DNA from: Flavobacteriales bacterium UBA1494
Lineage (GTDB): Bacteria > Bacteroidota > Bacteroidia > Flavobacteriales_E > Vicingaceae
Assembly (NCBI GenBank): GCA_905182175.1
Contig: CAJJAT010000016.1
Location: 1,202-65,201 of the forward strand
DNA length: 64,000 bases
Direction of reading: 5' to 3'
A program made the position numbers and the translations under genes. The number at the start of each line of letters is the position of its first letter. Position 1 is the stretch's first letter. This document shows, one piece after another, positions 18,790-27,562 of this stretch. The notes below the pieces were generated by a model. That model was not told where the DNA came from. It searched no databases and was given only the letters and a program-made list of their open reading frames with translations.

Positions 18790-19253
18790 TTACCAGTCTA
18801 TGATAGCATTTTTATCGGTAAAAAACATGCCTGCTTTTGAAGGTATCATGGTATCAATAAAGATACCGTAGGAAATGGCTCCACCTTTTAAAAGGGTAAT
18901 TCCTGAAGGTTTTCCGAGTGGAATCAAAAGCAAAAAGCAGAGTAAACCAAATAAAAGCGAAGTGATCCGACCTGCCAATAAAATTTGAGCAAACTTTTGT
19001 GCATTATCAAGAAAGGTTTCTTTTGGTGAAGTTCCCGTTACTCCTCCATAAAATCCAATATTCTTGTTAATGTATATCTTTATTGTATCGTTTTCCTGTT
19101 TTGTGCCAAATGGTCCAACGACAAATCAAACCTAAAACCAAGCCAAAGCCTTGTTATTGAATAACCCAACTCATGAACACCTAAAATGAGGAACATAGAA
19201 AGGACAATTCTAACAACGTTGAAAACCTTTTCTTTAGTTGTGAGGGGGTACGT
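18790..19253 (-). pseudogene. Frameshifted M50/site-2-protease-like metallopeptidase remnant
   Basis: Minus-strand translation gives VLSMFLILGVHELGYSITRLWLGF (HExxH degraded to HELGY, nt 19162-19176). After a frameshift it gives GPFGTKQ...AQILLAGRITSLLFGLLCFLLL (compare the LAGPxxN helix of M50). Track ORF 18790..18978 is its tail. Confidence 0.5.
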
Positions 19254-19683
19254 TCAGAAATCGCTAGAAATTTTTTAATACTGGTTAGTAAGCCAAAAAA
19301 GTAAATTATAACGAGAACCTATTTAAGGACCTAGACAACTGTTGAGTTAGTTTTCATAAGTCTTAAGAATAATCAGGAAGCATTATTAACTTCTCTAAAA
19401 TACCTAATCGAATCTAAATGTATTACTTCTTAAAATTTGCATCGATTACCTAAAGAGGACCTATTGCAATTCAGCTAAGCTGTTGGTGAATTTTTTGAAG
19501 TGTTCAGTGTAAGTATTTCTCTCAATACGACAAAACAATATACTGCTTCACATCACCGCTTATTTATTGCTATTACAGCTGATTGTTCAAATTTTATAAA
19601 TTAATTTTTATCTTTTCCAAGTCAGATAGCCCGATAAAATTATTTCTTAATTTATCATAAGGCTATATTATTGATGTGTTTAC

Positions 19684-20943
19684 ATGCTGACAAATAAGTT
19701 ATTTTTACAGGAATCAGTTATTACACAACAGAAATTAATCATGGAGGAGAAGTCAATTCAGCTAAGAAAAACTACGACTAAGGGAAAGGCGTTACAAATT
19801 AATTTGGATCCATCTATCTATGGAACCTTTGCAGAAATTGGAGCCGGTCAGGAAACAGCAAATCACGTTTTTAGCGCAGGAGGAGCCTCTGGAACAATCG
19901 CTAAATGCATGTCAGCATATGATATGGATGTGAGTGATGCAAATTACGGGAAGTCTAAAAGATATGTGAGTAAGGAGCGCTTGCAAAAAATGCTATCGAT
20001 AGAATTTGAATTGTTAAATGACCGATTAAAGACTAAGAAAAATGAAAAGAGATTATTTGTATTTGCGAGCACGATAGAGACTTTAAATTTTAAGGAAACC
20101 AATAAAGGTCATGGTTGGCTGGGAGTTAGTTTTCAATTGCAGCCTGAAGGGGATACGAATCACTGTATAATCCACATTAACCTTTCTGATAAGTCGGCAA
20201 GTCGCCAAAGACAAGTATTGGGCATGATTGGAGTTAATCTAATTTATGCGTGTTACTTTTTAACTACTTCTCCTAGCGAAGCTATTCTTTCTTTGTTGAA
20301 TGGTATAGATATACACCGCGAAGAGATTGATTTCTTGAGTGTTATTGGACCTCATTTTAGAAAGGCAGATAATCGCCTATTGAGTTTGAAGCTAGTCAAA
20401 AATGGTTTAGCAAAAGCCACTGTTTTTGGTCCAGACAAAGAAATTTTACAACCTTCTGGTGCTTGCCGTAAAAAGCCATTGCTTATTTTGAGAGGGCAAT
20501 TTAACCCGATTACCAAAGAGCACGAAGACATTCTTTCCGCGGCTAAAGTTAAACATTTAAATGGGTTGAATGAAGGAAATAAGGTGTTGATATTGTGCGA
20601 ATTGTCATTGTGTAACCTTAGTATAAATGGAGTTATTAATTACGAAGATTTCTTAAGTAGAGCGGATGAGTTATGTTATAAAGGGTATTCAGTTATGCTA
20701 ACCAACTACAAAGAAGATTACTCATTTGTAGACTACTTGGTTTCACTAAATAATGAAATGTCCATTCGATTAGTAATTGGAGTGGATCACCTAACCAAAC
20801 TTTATAAGGATGAGTACTACGAACATTTAAGAGGAGGCCTGTTGCAGGCTTTTGGAATTCTTTTTAGTAAAAACCTTAAAATCTACGTTAGCTCAATTTC
20901 AGCCGACGGTCTAGATGCAAATGGGAGTATTGAAGCGTTGTAG
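19684..20943 (+). CDS. Conserved hypothetical protein with a C-terminal cytidylyltransferase-like fold carrying a degenerate HxGH motif
   Basis: 419-aa ORF. N-terminal block IYGTFAEIGAGQETANHVFSAGGASGTIAKCMSAYDM. LLILRGQFNPITKEH (nt 20494-20523) resembles the G-x-F-x-P-x-H-x-G-H motif of NadD-type nucleotidyltransferases but reads T-K-E-H. The real start may be the ATG at 19741. Confidence 0.5.
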   Translation: MLTNKLFLQESVITQQKLIMEEKSIQLRKTTTKGKALQINLDPSIYGTFAEIGAGQETANHVFSAGGASGTIAKCMSAYDMDVSDANYGKSKRYVSKERLQKMLSIEFELLNDRLKTKKNEKRLFVFASTIETLNFKETNKGHGWLGVSFQLQPEGDTNHCIIHINLSDKSASRQRQVLGMIGVNLIYACYFLTTSPSEAILSLLNGIDIHREEIDFLSVIGPHFRKADNRLLSLKLVKNGLAKATVFGPDKEILQPSGACRKKPLLILRGQFNPITKEHEDILSAAKVKHLNGLNEGNKVLILCELSLCNLSINGVINYEDFLSRADELCYKGYSVMLTNYKEDYSFVDYLVSLNNEMSIRLVIGVDHLTKLYKDEYYEHLRGGLLQAFGILFSKNLKIYVSSISADGLDANGSIEAL

Positions 20944-21510
20944 TACACCAACATTTTTTCTGTGAAACGAATGAATGTTACAGCAGTAAAATTTACCTAT
21001 TATTAAACGTCTCGAAGGTATAAAAGTGATAGCTCGCCTGCATTAGATTATACTGTTGAGGTGAACACAAACGGAGTTTATGCAGGGTAATGCTCAGTAA
21101 TTATAGAAACTTTTTTGTGAAATAAACTAAATAGGGTTTGCAGGTAATTCTATGGGAATTGAAACATTTAGATGCAATCCTACAAAGTAATAACTTGTCC
21201 AAGGTTTAGAAAGGAATCGAAACAATAAATTTGTTAAAGATAATTTAGAGAGACAACTTCCATTTTTGTTTTGAACTGGTTTGCAAACACATGAAATCGG
21301 GCAAAAGTAATATCCCGCAAAACGTTCAGTTAAAACTATAATTTTGAAATTTTACCTTACCATGGAATATCCTTTGCATTAAAATTTCTTTAACTCAGAT
21401 AACGGTGAATCTGCAGTTGACTCGTTTTGTTAAACACACAGGAAATGAATTTTCAAGTTAATACTCTCCTAACTTATCTCAAACATCCCAAAATACTGCC
21501 TCAGCGTTTT

Positions 21511-22200
21511 CTAAATGAGAATCTGTAGTGGCAATAAAATTCTTCCTTGTCTTGTTTCAGTATCAAAGAACATCATGGTGTTGGTGCTCGGATCTACTCC
21601 GGTGTGGCCAATGACATTGTAAGCTAGTTGCTTGTATGTGAAAATACCAACGTTAAAGCTCTCTTTTCCACCAAGGGCAGTTTCAAGGAACTGAGATTTG
21701 AAAAGCTAATGGTAACTCTCATTATTTAATATGGTTCCTTTACCCAAGTAACCTTTAATTCATTCTACTAAAAAGTAATCCAAATCGTTACAAGAAGTGA
21801 TAAGGTCTCCATAAGGGTAGGAGAGGATGGTGTAGTAAGGCAATTGTTGATCTTGAAAATACAATTTTGAGTATCTATTGCTGTTTATCTCATTGAAAAA
21901 CCAACCGGTATACTCCATTCTTAAAGGTTGAAATATATGTTCTGCCGTAAATTACTGAAAAGGTTGACCGCTCGCAGATTCTATTACAAGGGCACACAAA
22001 GCTGCTTAAATATTACTGCAGTCATAAAGCTTGCTAGGTTTTCTATTGGCAAACGAAGCGGAGTCGTAAGATGCAAATCTGAAATTAGTAACATAACTAC
22101 GATTGTTTCTTATTCTAATTCCACTTGCAAACTACAGGTGTAACACACAATATTGAACTACGATTCCAGAAAAATAATTTATTGATAATAAGTCATATAA
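21511..22200 (-). pseudogene. Serine hydrolase (beta-lactamase-related) pseudogene broken only by in-frame stops
   Basis: A single minus-strand frame reads ...CSNI*AALCALVIESASGQPFQ*FTAEHIFQPLRMEYTGWFF...YPYGDLITSCNDLDYFLVE*IKGYLGKGTILNNESYH*LF...YNVIGHTGVDPSTNTMMFFDTETRQGRILL. This matches the class-C-like pattern (xLLGxIIExxSGQxF, GDLxSTxxDLxxF, GHTG box). The N-terminal SxxK part was not found. Confidence 0.6.
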
Positions 22201-22231
22201 TTTTAATGGGCGTCCAGTTAATTCAGTTTTT

Positions 22232-22309
22232 ATGAATGAGCTCATGTACGTTGATCAGGCAATTGCTTTTGAAAAACAAGTTGAGGGTTGGAGCAGGAAA
22301 AAGTTATAA
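22232..22309 (+). pseudogene. C-terminal remnant of a small GIY-YIG nuclease-family gene
   Basis: The 25 codons MNELMYVDQAIAFEKQVEGWSRKKL match the conserved tail (LVYxExF...AIxREKQxKGWSRKKK) of small Bacteroidota GIY-YIG proteins. The GIY-YIG N-terminal half is absent. Confidence 0.45.
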
Positions 22310-22404
22310 TTGATGATAATTAGGAACAATTAAAAATAGTGCCAACTTGTAAGGAAGCGACCTGTAATTTAAATAAGGAGGAATAAAGTTTTATCTACAC
22401 TTCT

Positions 22405-22545
22405 ACTTCGCTCAGTATGACAAAACCTCGGCTTTCCTCACTACGGGAATTTCCGTTAGTACGATAAAACCTCCACTAAACCTGCATTGAGCTTGTTGAG
22501 ATACTCAGCATGACAAAACGAAGCCATCTATAGTATGACAAAACA
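22405..22545 (+). repeat. Cluster of short CTCAG-N-ATGACAAAAC-type repeats (REP/MITE-like)
   Basis: ctcagtatgacaaaac (22411-26), degenerate gttagtacgataaaac (22456-71), ctcagcatgacaaaac (22504-19) and tagtatgacaaaac (22531-44). It lies directly downstream of the GIY-YIG remnant. Confidence 0.6.
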
Positions 22546-22708
22546 CAACGCTGATCTTTCAGATAATTAAGATTTCGGTTACCAAACAGGTTTAATTTCA
22601 GCTGTAACGACAGTCCATCTATATAATCCGACAGTTCAGTAAATCTAATTCGATTAAAGGCTGGGTAAGGGATCATATTTGAAGAGCGAACAGCAACAAG
22701 CAACAAGT

Positions 22709-24862
22709 ATGAAACATCTGATCTTATTCTTCATTATCTTAAATACAGCATTAAGTGCCAAGGCGCAAACAACAATACATGGTGTTGTTAAGGAGGCAGG
22801 TGGAGAGAAACTTCCCGGTGCTAATATTTACTTTGATCAAACTCAAATTGGAACGACATCTAATATAGACGGTACGTTTAAATTCACGACAAGCTTAATA
22901 GGAAAAGCAAGTTTACATGTTGATTTTATAGGATATAAATCATTTGTACAAACCATCTCATTTAATGGGGATAGCATTTTTATGAATGTAATTCTTAAAG
23001 AATCATTCAATCAGATAGAAGCAGTTACCATTTCGGCAGGAGCATTTGAAGCAAGTGATAAAATGAAATCTGTGGAATTAAGATCTTTAGACATTGTAAC
23101 AACGGCGGGAGCTTTAGGTGATATTTCAGGTGCATTGCAAACTTTACCGGGAACAACAACGGTGGGGGAATCAGGCAGGCTATTTGTTCGGGGGGGCGAC
23201 GATACAGAAACACAAACCTTTATTGATGGACTATTGGTAGCAAATCCTTATACTACAAGTGCACCCAACTTAGCAGTTCGAGGTCGGTTTAATCCATTCA
23301 TATTTAGTGGTACTATTTTTAGTGTTGGTGCTTACTCTGCAGAATATGGACAGGCTTTGTCTTCTGTCTTGCAATTAAACACAAAAGATTTACCTCGGGA
23401 GAATAAGACTGATGTGAGTTTAATGACCGTTGGCGGCAGTGGAGCCGTAACACGATTAGGGAAGAACAGAGCTTTAACAGCAACCTTAGATTATAACAAT
23501 TTAGCTACATACACAGGAATTATTTCGCAAAATGTAGATTGGATTAAGCCGCCAGAATCTATTGGTGGAGAGTTGAGCTTTAGACAAAAAACGAATGGAA
23601 ATGGCATGTTTAAGTTGTATGGAAAGTTTGGACGTAATAAGTTGAAATTAAATACAATTGATTTAGATGCCGAAGAGGGGTCTCGATCTTTTGACTTGCA
23701 AAATGATAATATATATTTAAATAGCAATTGGAGAAGAACGTTAGGCGATAAGTGGAGAATAAAAACTGGAGCCTCATATACCAAAAATGTGGACGATATA
23801 AATTTGTCGGACGCCGATGTGACCGAGAATCTAGAAGCAGGTTTCTTTAAATTGGTAATGAAAAATTACACCAGCGATAAAGTCAGTATAAAATTTGGAG
23901 GTGAGGCTTTGATTCAAACCTTTTCCGAAAAAATAGAGGTAGAGTCTTTTAGACAAACAAATAACTACACTGAAAATAGATTCTCAGGGTTTGGTGAAGC
24001 AGAGATTTACCTTTCTACAAGAGTAGCAATGCAAGTTGGTGGCCGATTAGAGCATTCAGATATTAACGATCAATTACTGTTTGCTCCTAGATTCTCATCT
24101 GCCTACAAGTTGAATGAAAACAGTCAAGTATCGTTGGCATATGGGCAATTCTACCAACAAGCACCAAAGAATGTATTGCTTAAAACCAGCAATGTAGAGG
24201 AGCAACAATCGAATCATTATATATTGAACTACCAAGTCAACAAAAATAAACGATTGTTGAGAGTTGAACCGTATTATAAAAATTACAAAAACCTGATCTC
24301 ATATAAAAGTGATTTTTCAGAAATCGGCAACCAGGGTAAAGCCTATGCGTATGGATTAGATGTTTTCTACAAAGATTGGAGAACCATTAAAAATGCACAA
24401 TTTTGGGTTTCCTACTCTTATTTAAATACAGAAAGGAAGTACAAGGATTACCCGGAACAAGTTATTCCAACATTTGCTAGTAAGCACAGTTTATCAGTTG
24501 TGTACAAGCATTGGGTTAGCGATTTGAAATCAATGATATCAATTAGTGTTAGGTATTCGACACCACGAACTTTCAACGATCCTAATCAGTCGAAATTCAA
24601 CGATAGTCGCACAGAACCATTTCGAACATTGGATTTAAGCTGGAGTTTTCTGCCTAAAAAACACATCATTTTTTATACTGCAATAACCAATGTATTAGGT
24701 TTTGAAAATAAGTTCGGTTCTCGATTTTCTAGTCAAGCTGATAGCAACGGAACTTATGCGCAATCTGATATTTTACCTTCTGCAAAACGATTCATTTTTA
24801 TAGGTTGCTTTTTAACCTTTACAAAGAAGGGCACAGCCAACCAATTAAACACTTTAAATTAA
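22709..24862 (+). CDS. TonB-dependent receptor with N-terminal carboxypeptidase-regulatory-like domain
   Basis: Signal peptide MKHLILFFIILNTALSAKAQ (ATG at 22709; the track ORF starts at an upstream TTG). CarboxypepD_reg-like TIHGVVKEAGGEKLPGANIYF...TTSNIDGTFKF. Plug-region motifs are followed by a long beta-barrel. Confidence 0.8.
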   Translation: MKHLILFFIILNTALSAKAQTTIHGVVKEAGGEKLPGANIYFDQTQIGTTSNIDGTFKFTTSLIGKASLHVDFIGYKSFVQTISFNGDSIFMNVILKESFNQIEAVTISAGAFEASDKMKSVELRSLDIVTTAGALGDISGALQTLPGTTTVGESGRLFVRGGDDTETQTFIDGLLVANPYTTSAPNLAVRGRFNPFIFSGTIFSVGAYSAEYGQALSSVLQLNTKDLPRENKTDVSLMTVGGSGAVTRLGKNRALTATLDYNNLATYTGIISQNVDWIKPPESIGGELSFRQKTNGNGMFKLYGKFGRNKLKLNTIDLDAEEGSRSFDLQNDNIYLNSNWRRTLGDKWRIKTGASYTKNVDDINLSDADVTENLEAGFFKLVMKNYTSDKVSIKFGGEALIQTFSEKIEVESFRQTNNYTENRFSGFGEAEIYLSTRVAMQVGGRLEHSDINDQLLFAPRFSSAYKLNENSQVSLAYGQFYQQAPKNVLLKTSNVEEQQSNHYILNYQVNKNKRLLRVEPYYKNYKNLISYKSDFSEIGNQGKAYAYGLDVFYKDWRTIKNAQFWVSYSYLNTERKYKDYPEQVIPTFASKHSLSVVYKHWVSDLKSMISISVRYSTPRTFNDPNQSKFNDSRTEPFRTLDLSWSFLPKKHIIFYTAITNVLGFENKFGSRFSSQADSNGTYAQSDILPSAKRFIFIGCFLTFTKKGTANQLNTLN

Positions 24863-24887
24863 TTATTCACTTTTAAATTCAACCATC

Positions 24888-25376
24888 ATGAAAAATAGAA
24901 AAACAATAAAAATGGGCTTTTTAGCACTATTAATGAGTATGAACAGCATTGCATTTGCACAAGAGTCTTCAACAAAAAAAGAAAAGCAAATCGTGCGGAA
25001 TGACGTGTTCTTTAACACAGCAGAAACAGGACCCCATACACTAACCCTCACGGTAAAAAAATTAAAAAGCGATGATGGATTTGTGTTTCTAGGTCTAGTA
25101 GATGAAAATAAGAATCAAATAGCAAGGACAAAAGTTAAAATTGTCGATAAAATAGCTGTAATAAAGATAGATTCTCTTCCATCGGGAACGTATGCTATTC
25201 AATATTATCATGATATAAATAGCAACGGTAAATTGGATACTGGAGCATTTGGAATTCCCGAAGAAGGTTATGGTTCTTCAAACGATGCTCGTGGCTTTAT
25301 GGGTCCACCTGATTTTGGAGATATGATTTTTGAGTTGAAAGAGGATTTGGCGTTAGAAATGAAAACTGTAAACTAA
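24888..25376 (+). CDS. DUF2141-family secreted protein
   Basis: 162 aa with a signal peptide. Family-typical GTYAIQYYHDINSNGKLDTGAFGIPEEGYGSSNDARGFMGPPDF. Confidence 0.65.
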   Translation: MKNRKTIKMGFLALLMSMNSIAFAQESSTKKEKQIVRNDVFFNTAETGPHTLTLTVKKLKSDDGFVFLGLVDENKNQIARTKVKIVDKIAVIKIDSLPSGTYAIQYYHDINSNGKLDTGAFGIPEEGYGSSNDARGFMGPPDFGDMIFELKEDLALEMKTVN

Positions 25377-25525
25377 AGTATATCTTTAATCCTTGGTGTA
25401 AGAAATTAACGAATCGATTCACGTTGAGGAAGATTTGACGTTGCTGGTTCTCGAATATAACTAACCCTTGTTTTCGGGAACCAGTAATTAATTCTAACCG
25501 GTAGTAATTAACAAGAACCACTAAA

Positions 25526-26554
25526 ATGAATTGGCTTAAGAAAAATTTTAAAGTATTGTTGATATCAATTGTAGGTGCTCTTATCTGTAATTATTTTTTC
25601 AATTCCAATGTTGTGATTTTTTCAAAAGAATTCTTAATCGGCTTCATCTGGAATTTAATAATATGGACAACTCTTTGGTTTGGAAATGGGTACATAGCCG
25701 ATTGGTTAAACATTAAAATACCTTGGATACAAAAAACACTTTTACGCGCTGTTACCGGCATAGTTGCACTAGTTGTGTATTCTATTTCCGCTTTTGTCAT
25801 CGTGCATGTTCTTATAAGTTATATGGTCTACGACGTTACGTTTCTGAAGTCTCTTGAATGGTTACATGCTCAGACCTTTAAATTTGTTTTAATAATCTCA
25901 TTTTCAATAGCATCAGCGCTGCATGTTGTTGAATTTTTTAGATATTGGAAAGAATCACAGATAGAGGCAGAGAAATTGCGAGCTGAAATGAAAACGTATC
26001 AGTATGATGCATTACGCAATCAAATAAACCCACATTTCCTTTTCAATAGTTTTAGCGTATTAAGCGAACTGGTCTATGAGGATCAAGACCTTGCTGTTAA
26101 ATTTATTCGACAGTTAGGTGATATTTATCGGTATGTGCTTGTAAGTATGGATTTGGAATTAGTTCCACTTCAAGATGAAATTGACTTTATAAAAAAGTTT
26201 AGTTTTTTATTGCAAACTCGATTTGAAGATAACCTAGAAATTGATATCCAAGTAGAAGCAGATCACGATGAATTAATCGTTCCTATGTCGTTACAGCTAT
26301 TGCTAGAAAACGCTGTAAAGCACAATGAAATATCCAATGAGTTTCCCTTAAAAGTGGAGATTCATCGAAATGCAGATTCAATTCAAGTTAAAAATACGTT
26401 GAAGAAGAAATCCAATCCCGAATTTAGCACAAAAACTGGTTTGCAAAACATTATTAAACGCTACAAATACTTATCAGAAAAGAAAGTTCGAGTTGAGGAA
26501 ACGAAGGATTCATTTGTTGTTGAGGTTCCAATTTTAAAAAGCGAGGTATCATGA
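25526..26554 (+). CDS. LytS/YehU-type membrane sensor histidine kinase
   Basis: 342 aa, N-terminal TM bundle. His_kinase (PF06580-type) box LRNQINPHFLFNSFSVLSELV and N-box LLLENAVKHN. ATGA overlap with the downstream regulator. Confidence 0.8.
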   Translation: MNWLKKNFKVLLISIVGALICNYFFNSNVVIFSKEFLIGFIWNLIIWTTLWFGNGYIADWLNIKIPWIQKTLLRAVTGIVALVVYSISAFVIVHVLISYMVYDVTFLKSLEWLHAQTFKFVLIISFSIASALHVVEFFRYWKESQIEAEKLRAEMKTYQYDALRNQINPHFLFNSFSVLSELVYEDQDLAVKFIRQLGDIYRYVLVSMDLELVPLQDEIDFIKKFSFLLQTRFEDNLEIDIQVEADHDELIVPMSLQLLLENAVKHNEISNEFPLKVEIHRNADSIQVKNTLKKKSNPEFSTKTGLQNIIKRYKYLSEKKVRVEETKDSFVVEVPILKSEVS

Positions 26555-27306
26555 GGGTTTTAATTATTGAAGATGAAAATCGGTCTGCAAATCGATTGAG
26601 GAAATTACTGTTGGAAATAAACCCAACCATTGAAATTATACAAACGATAGATTCAGTAAGAAGTGCTCTTTCTTTTTTTCAAAAAGGCCATAAGGTCGAG
26701 TTGGTCTTTTCTGATATTCAGTTATCTGATGGATTGAGCTTTGAGATTTTTGAAAAAGTAAAAATTGATGTTCCAATTATTTTTACAACCGCTTATGACG
26801 AATATGCTATTCGAGCTTTTAAAGTAAATAGCATTGATTACCTCCTTAAACCAATTGATCCGGAAGAGTTAAAACGGTCCATCATCAAGTTTAAATCATT
26901 CTCAAAAAATGATCAATTGGCAGACTTGTCAAAATTGGTTGATTTGCTGAAAGTACAGGAAAATGATTATAAAACCAGGTTTATGATAAAGGTGGGTGAA
27001 CGAATTAAAACTGTTTATGTATCTGATATTTCTGTCATACTTAGTGTAGATAAAGGAACTTACTTGATAGATAATAAAAATTCAAGACATTTGATAGACA
27101 GCAGTTTGGATTCGATTTATCCAATGATCGATCCAAATAAATTTTTTCGAATAAATCGCAAGTACATTATAAATATTGACTCTATTGCAGAAATTTATAG
27201 TTGGAAGAATTCTCGATTAAAGATTTTAGTTAAAAACCATGATGACGATATGATGATTGTAGCAAGAGATAAAGCTGCAGAATTTAAATCGTGGTTAGAT
27301 AGGTGA
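26551..27306 (+). CDS. LytTR-family response regulator (REC + LytTR DNA-binding domain)
   Basis: 251 aa. MRVLIIEDE, phospho-acceptor LVFSDIQL, and C-terminal LytTR (FFRINRKYIINIDSI). Confidence 0.85.
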   Translation: MRVLIIEDENRSANRLRKLLLEINPTIEIIQTIDSVRSALSFFQKGHKVELVFSDIQLSDGLSFEIFEKVKIDVPIIFTTAYDEYAIRAFKVNSIDYLLKPIDPEELKRSIIKFKSFSKNDQLADLSKLVDLLKVQENDYKTRFMIKVGERIKTVYVSDISVILSVDKGTYLIDNKNSRHLIDSSLDSIYPMIDPNKFFRINRKYIINIDSIAEIYSWKNSRLKILVKNHDDDMMIVARDKAAEFKSWLDR

Positions 27307-27445
27307 TTCTTATTTTGGGAGATTGAAACGACAACGTTTTATTTTGAGCCTCTTTGTTCAGAATTTATTGCAAAATATTGTTTGCTTTTCGTTTTAATAA
27401 AAGGGTGATTTGAATTCTCTTTTTGTTATTGCCCAGAGAAGCTTA

Positions 27446-27510
27446 CATCCAAAAGCTTTCTTGTCTTTTTGAGCGGGGATATTCATACTGAATTTGAGTA
27501 TCTGCTGACC
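27446..27510 (-). repeat. Dispersed repeat of about 58 bp, inverted copy of 30521-30578
   Basis: The reverse complement tcagcagatactcaaattcagtatgaatatccccgctcaaaaagacaagaaagctttt aligns without gaps to 30521-30578 at 44 of 58 positions (hand alignment). Confidence 0.55.
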
Positions 27511-27562
27511 GGCATTTGAGGCATAGTGAAGGGGATGAAAAGAAGCGAACTGCGCCACGTTA

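Noticed and set aside
21928-22143. 71-aa plus-strand ORF, together with the 76-aa minus-strand ORF at 22476-22706
   Set aside because: The first is antisense to the serine-hydrolase pseudogene frame. The second runs through the short-repeat array and into the TonB receptor leader. Neither has any motif.
22405-22545. Short repeats with variable spacing, a possible mini-CRISPR
   Set aside because: The repeat units are only 14-16 nt and degenerate, the spacing is irregular (25-48 nt), and related copies are dispersed at 27.4 and 30.3-30.8 kb. This fits REP/MITE-like elements better.
25444-25484. Hairpin ctggttctcg ... cgggaaccag after the DUF2141 gene, as a possible terminator
   Set aside because: It has a 21-nt loop, one mismatch and no following T-tract, so it is not a convincing intrinsic terminator. 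It is mentioned only as a possible regulatory structure.
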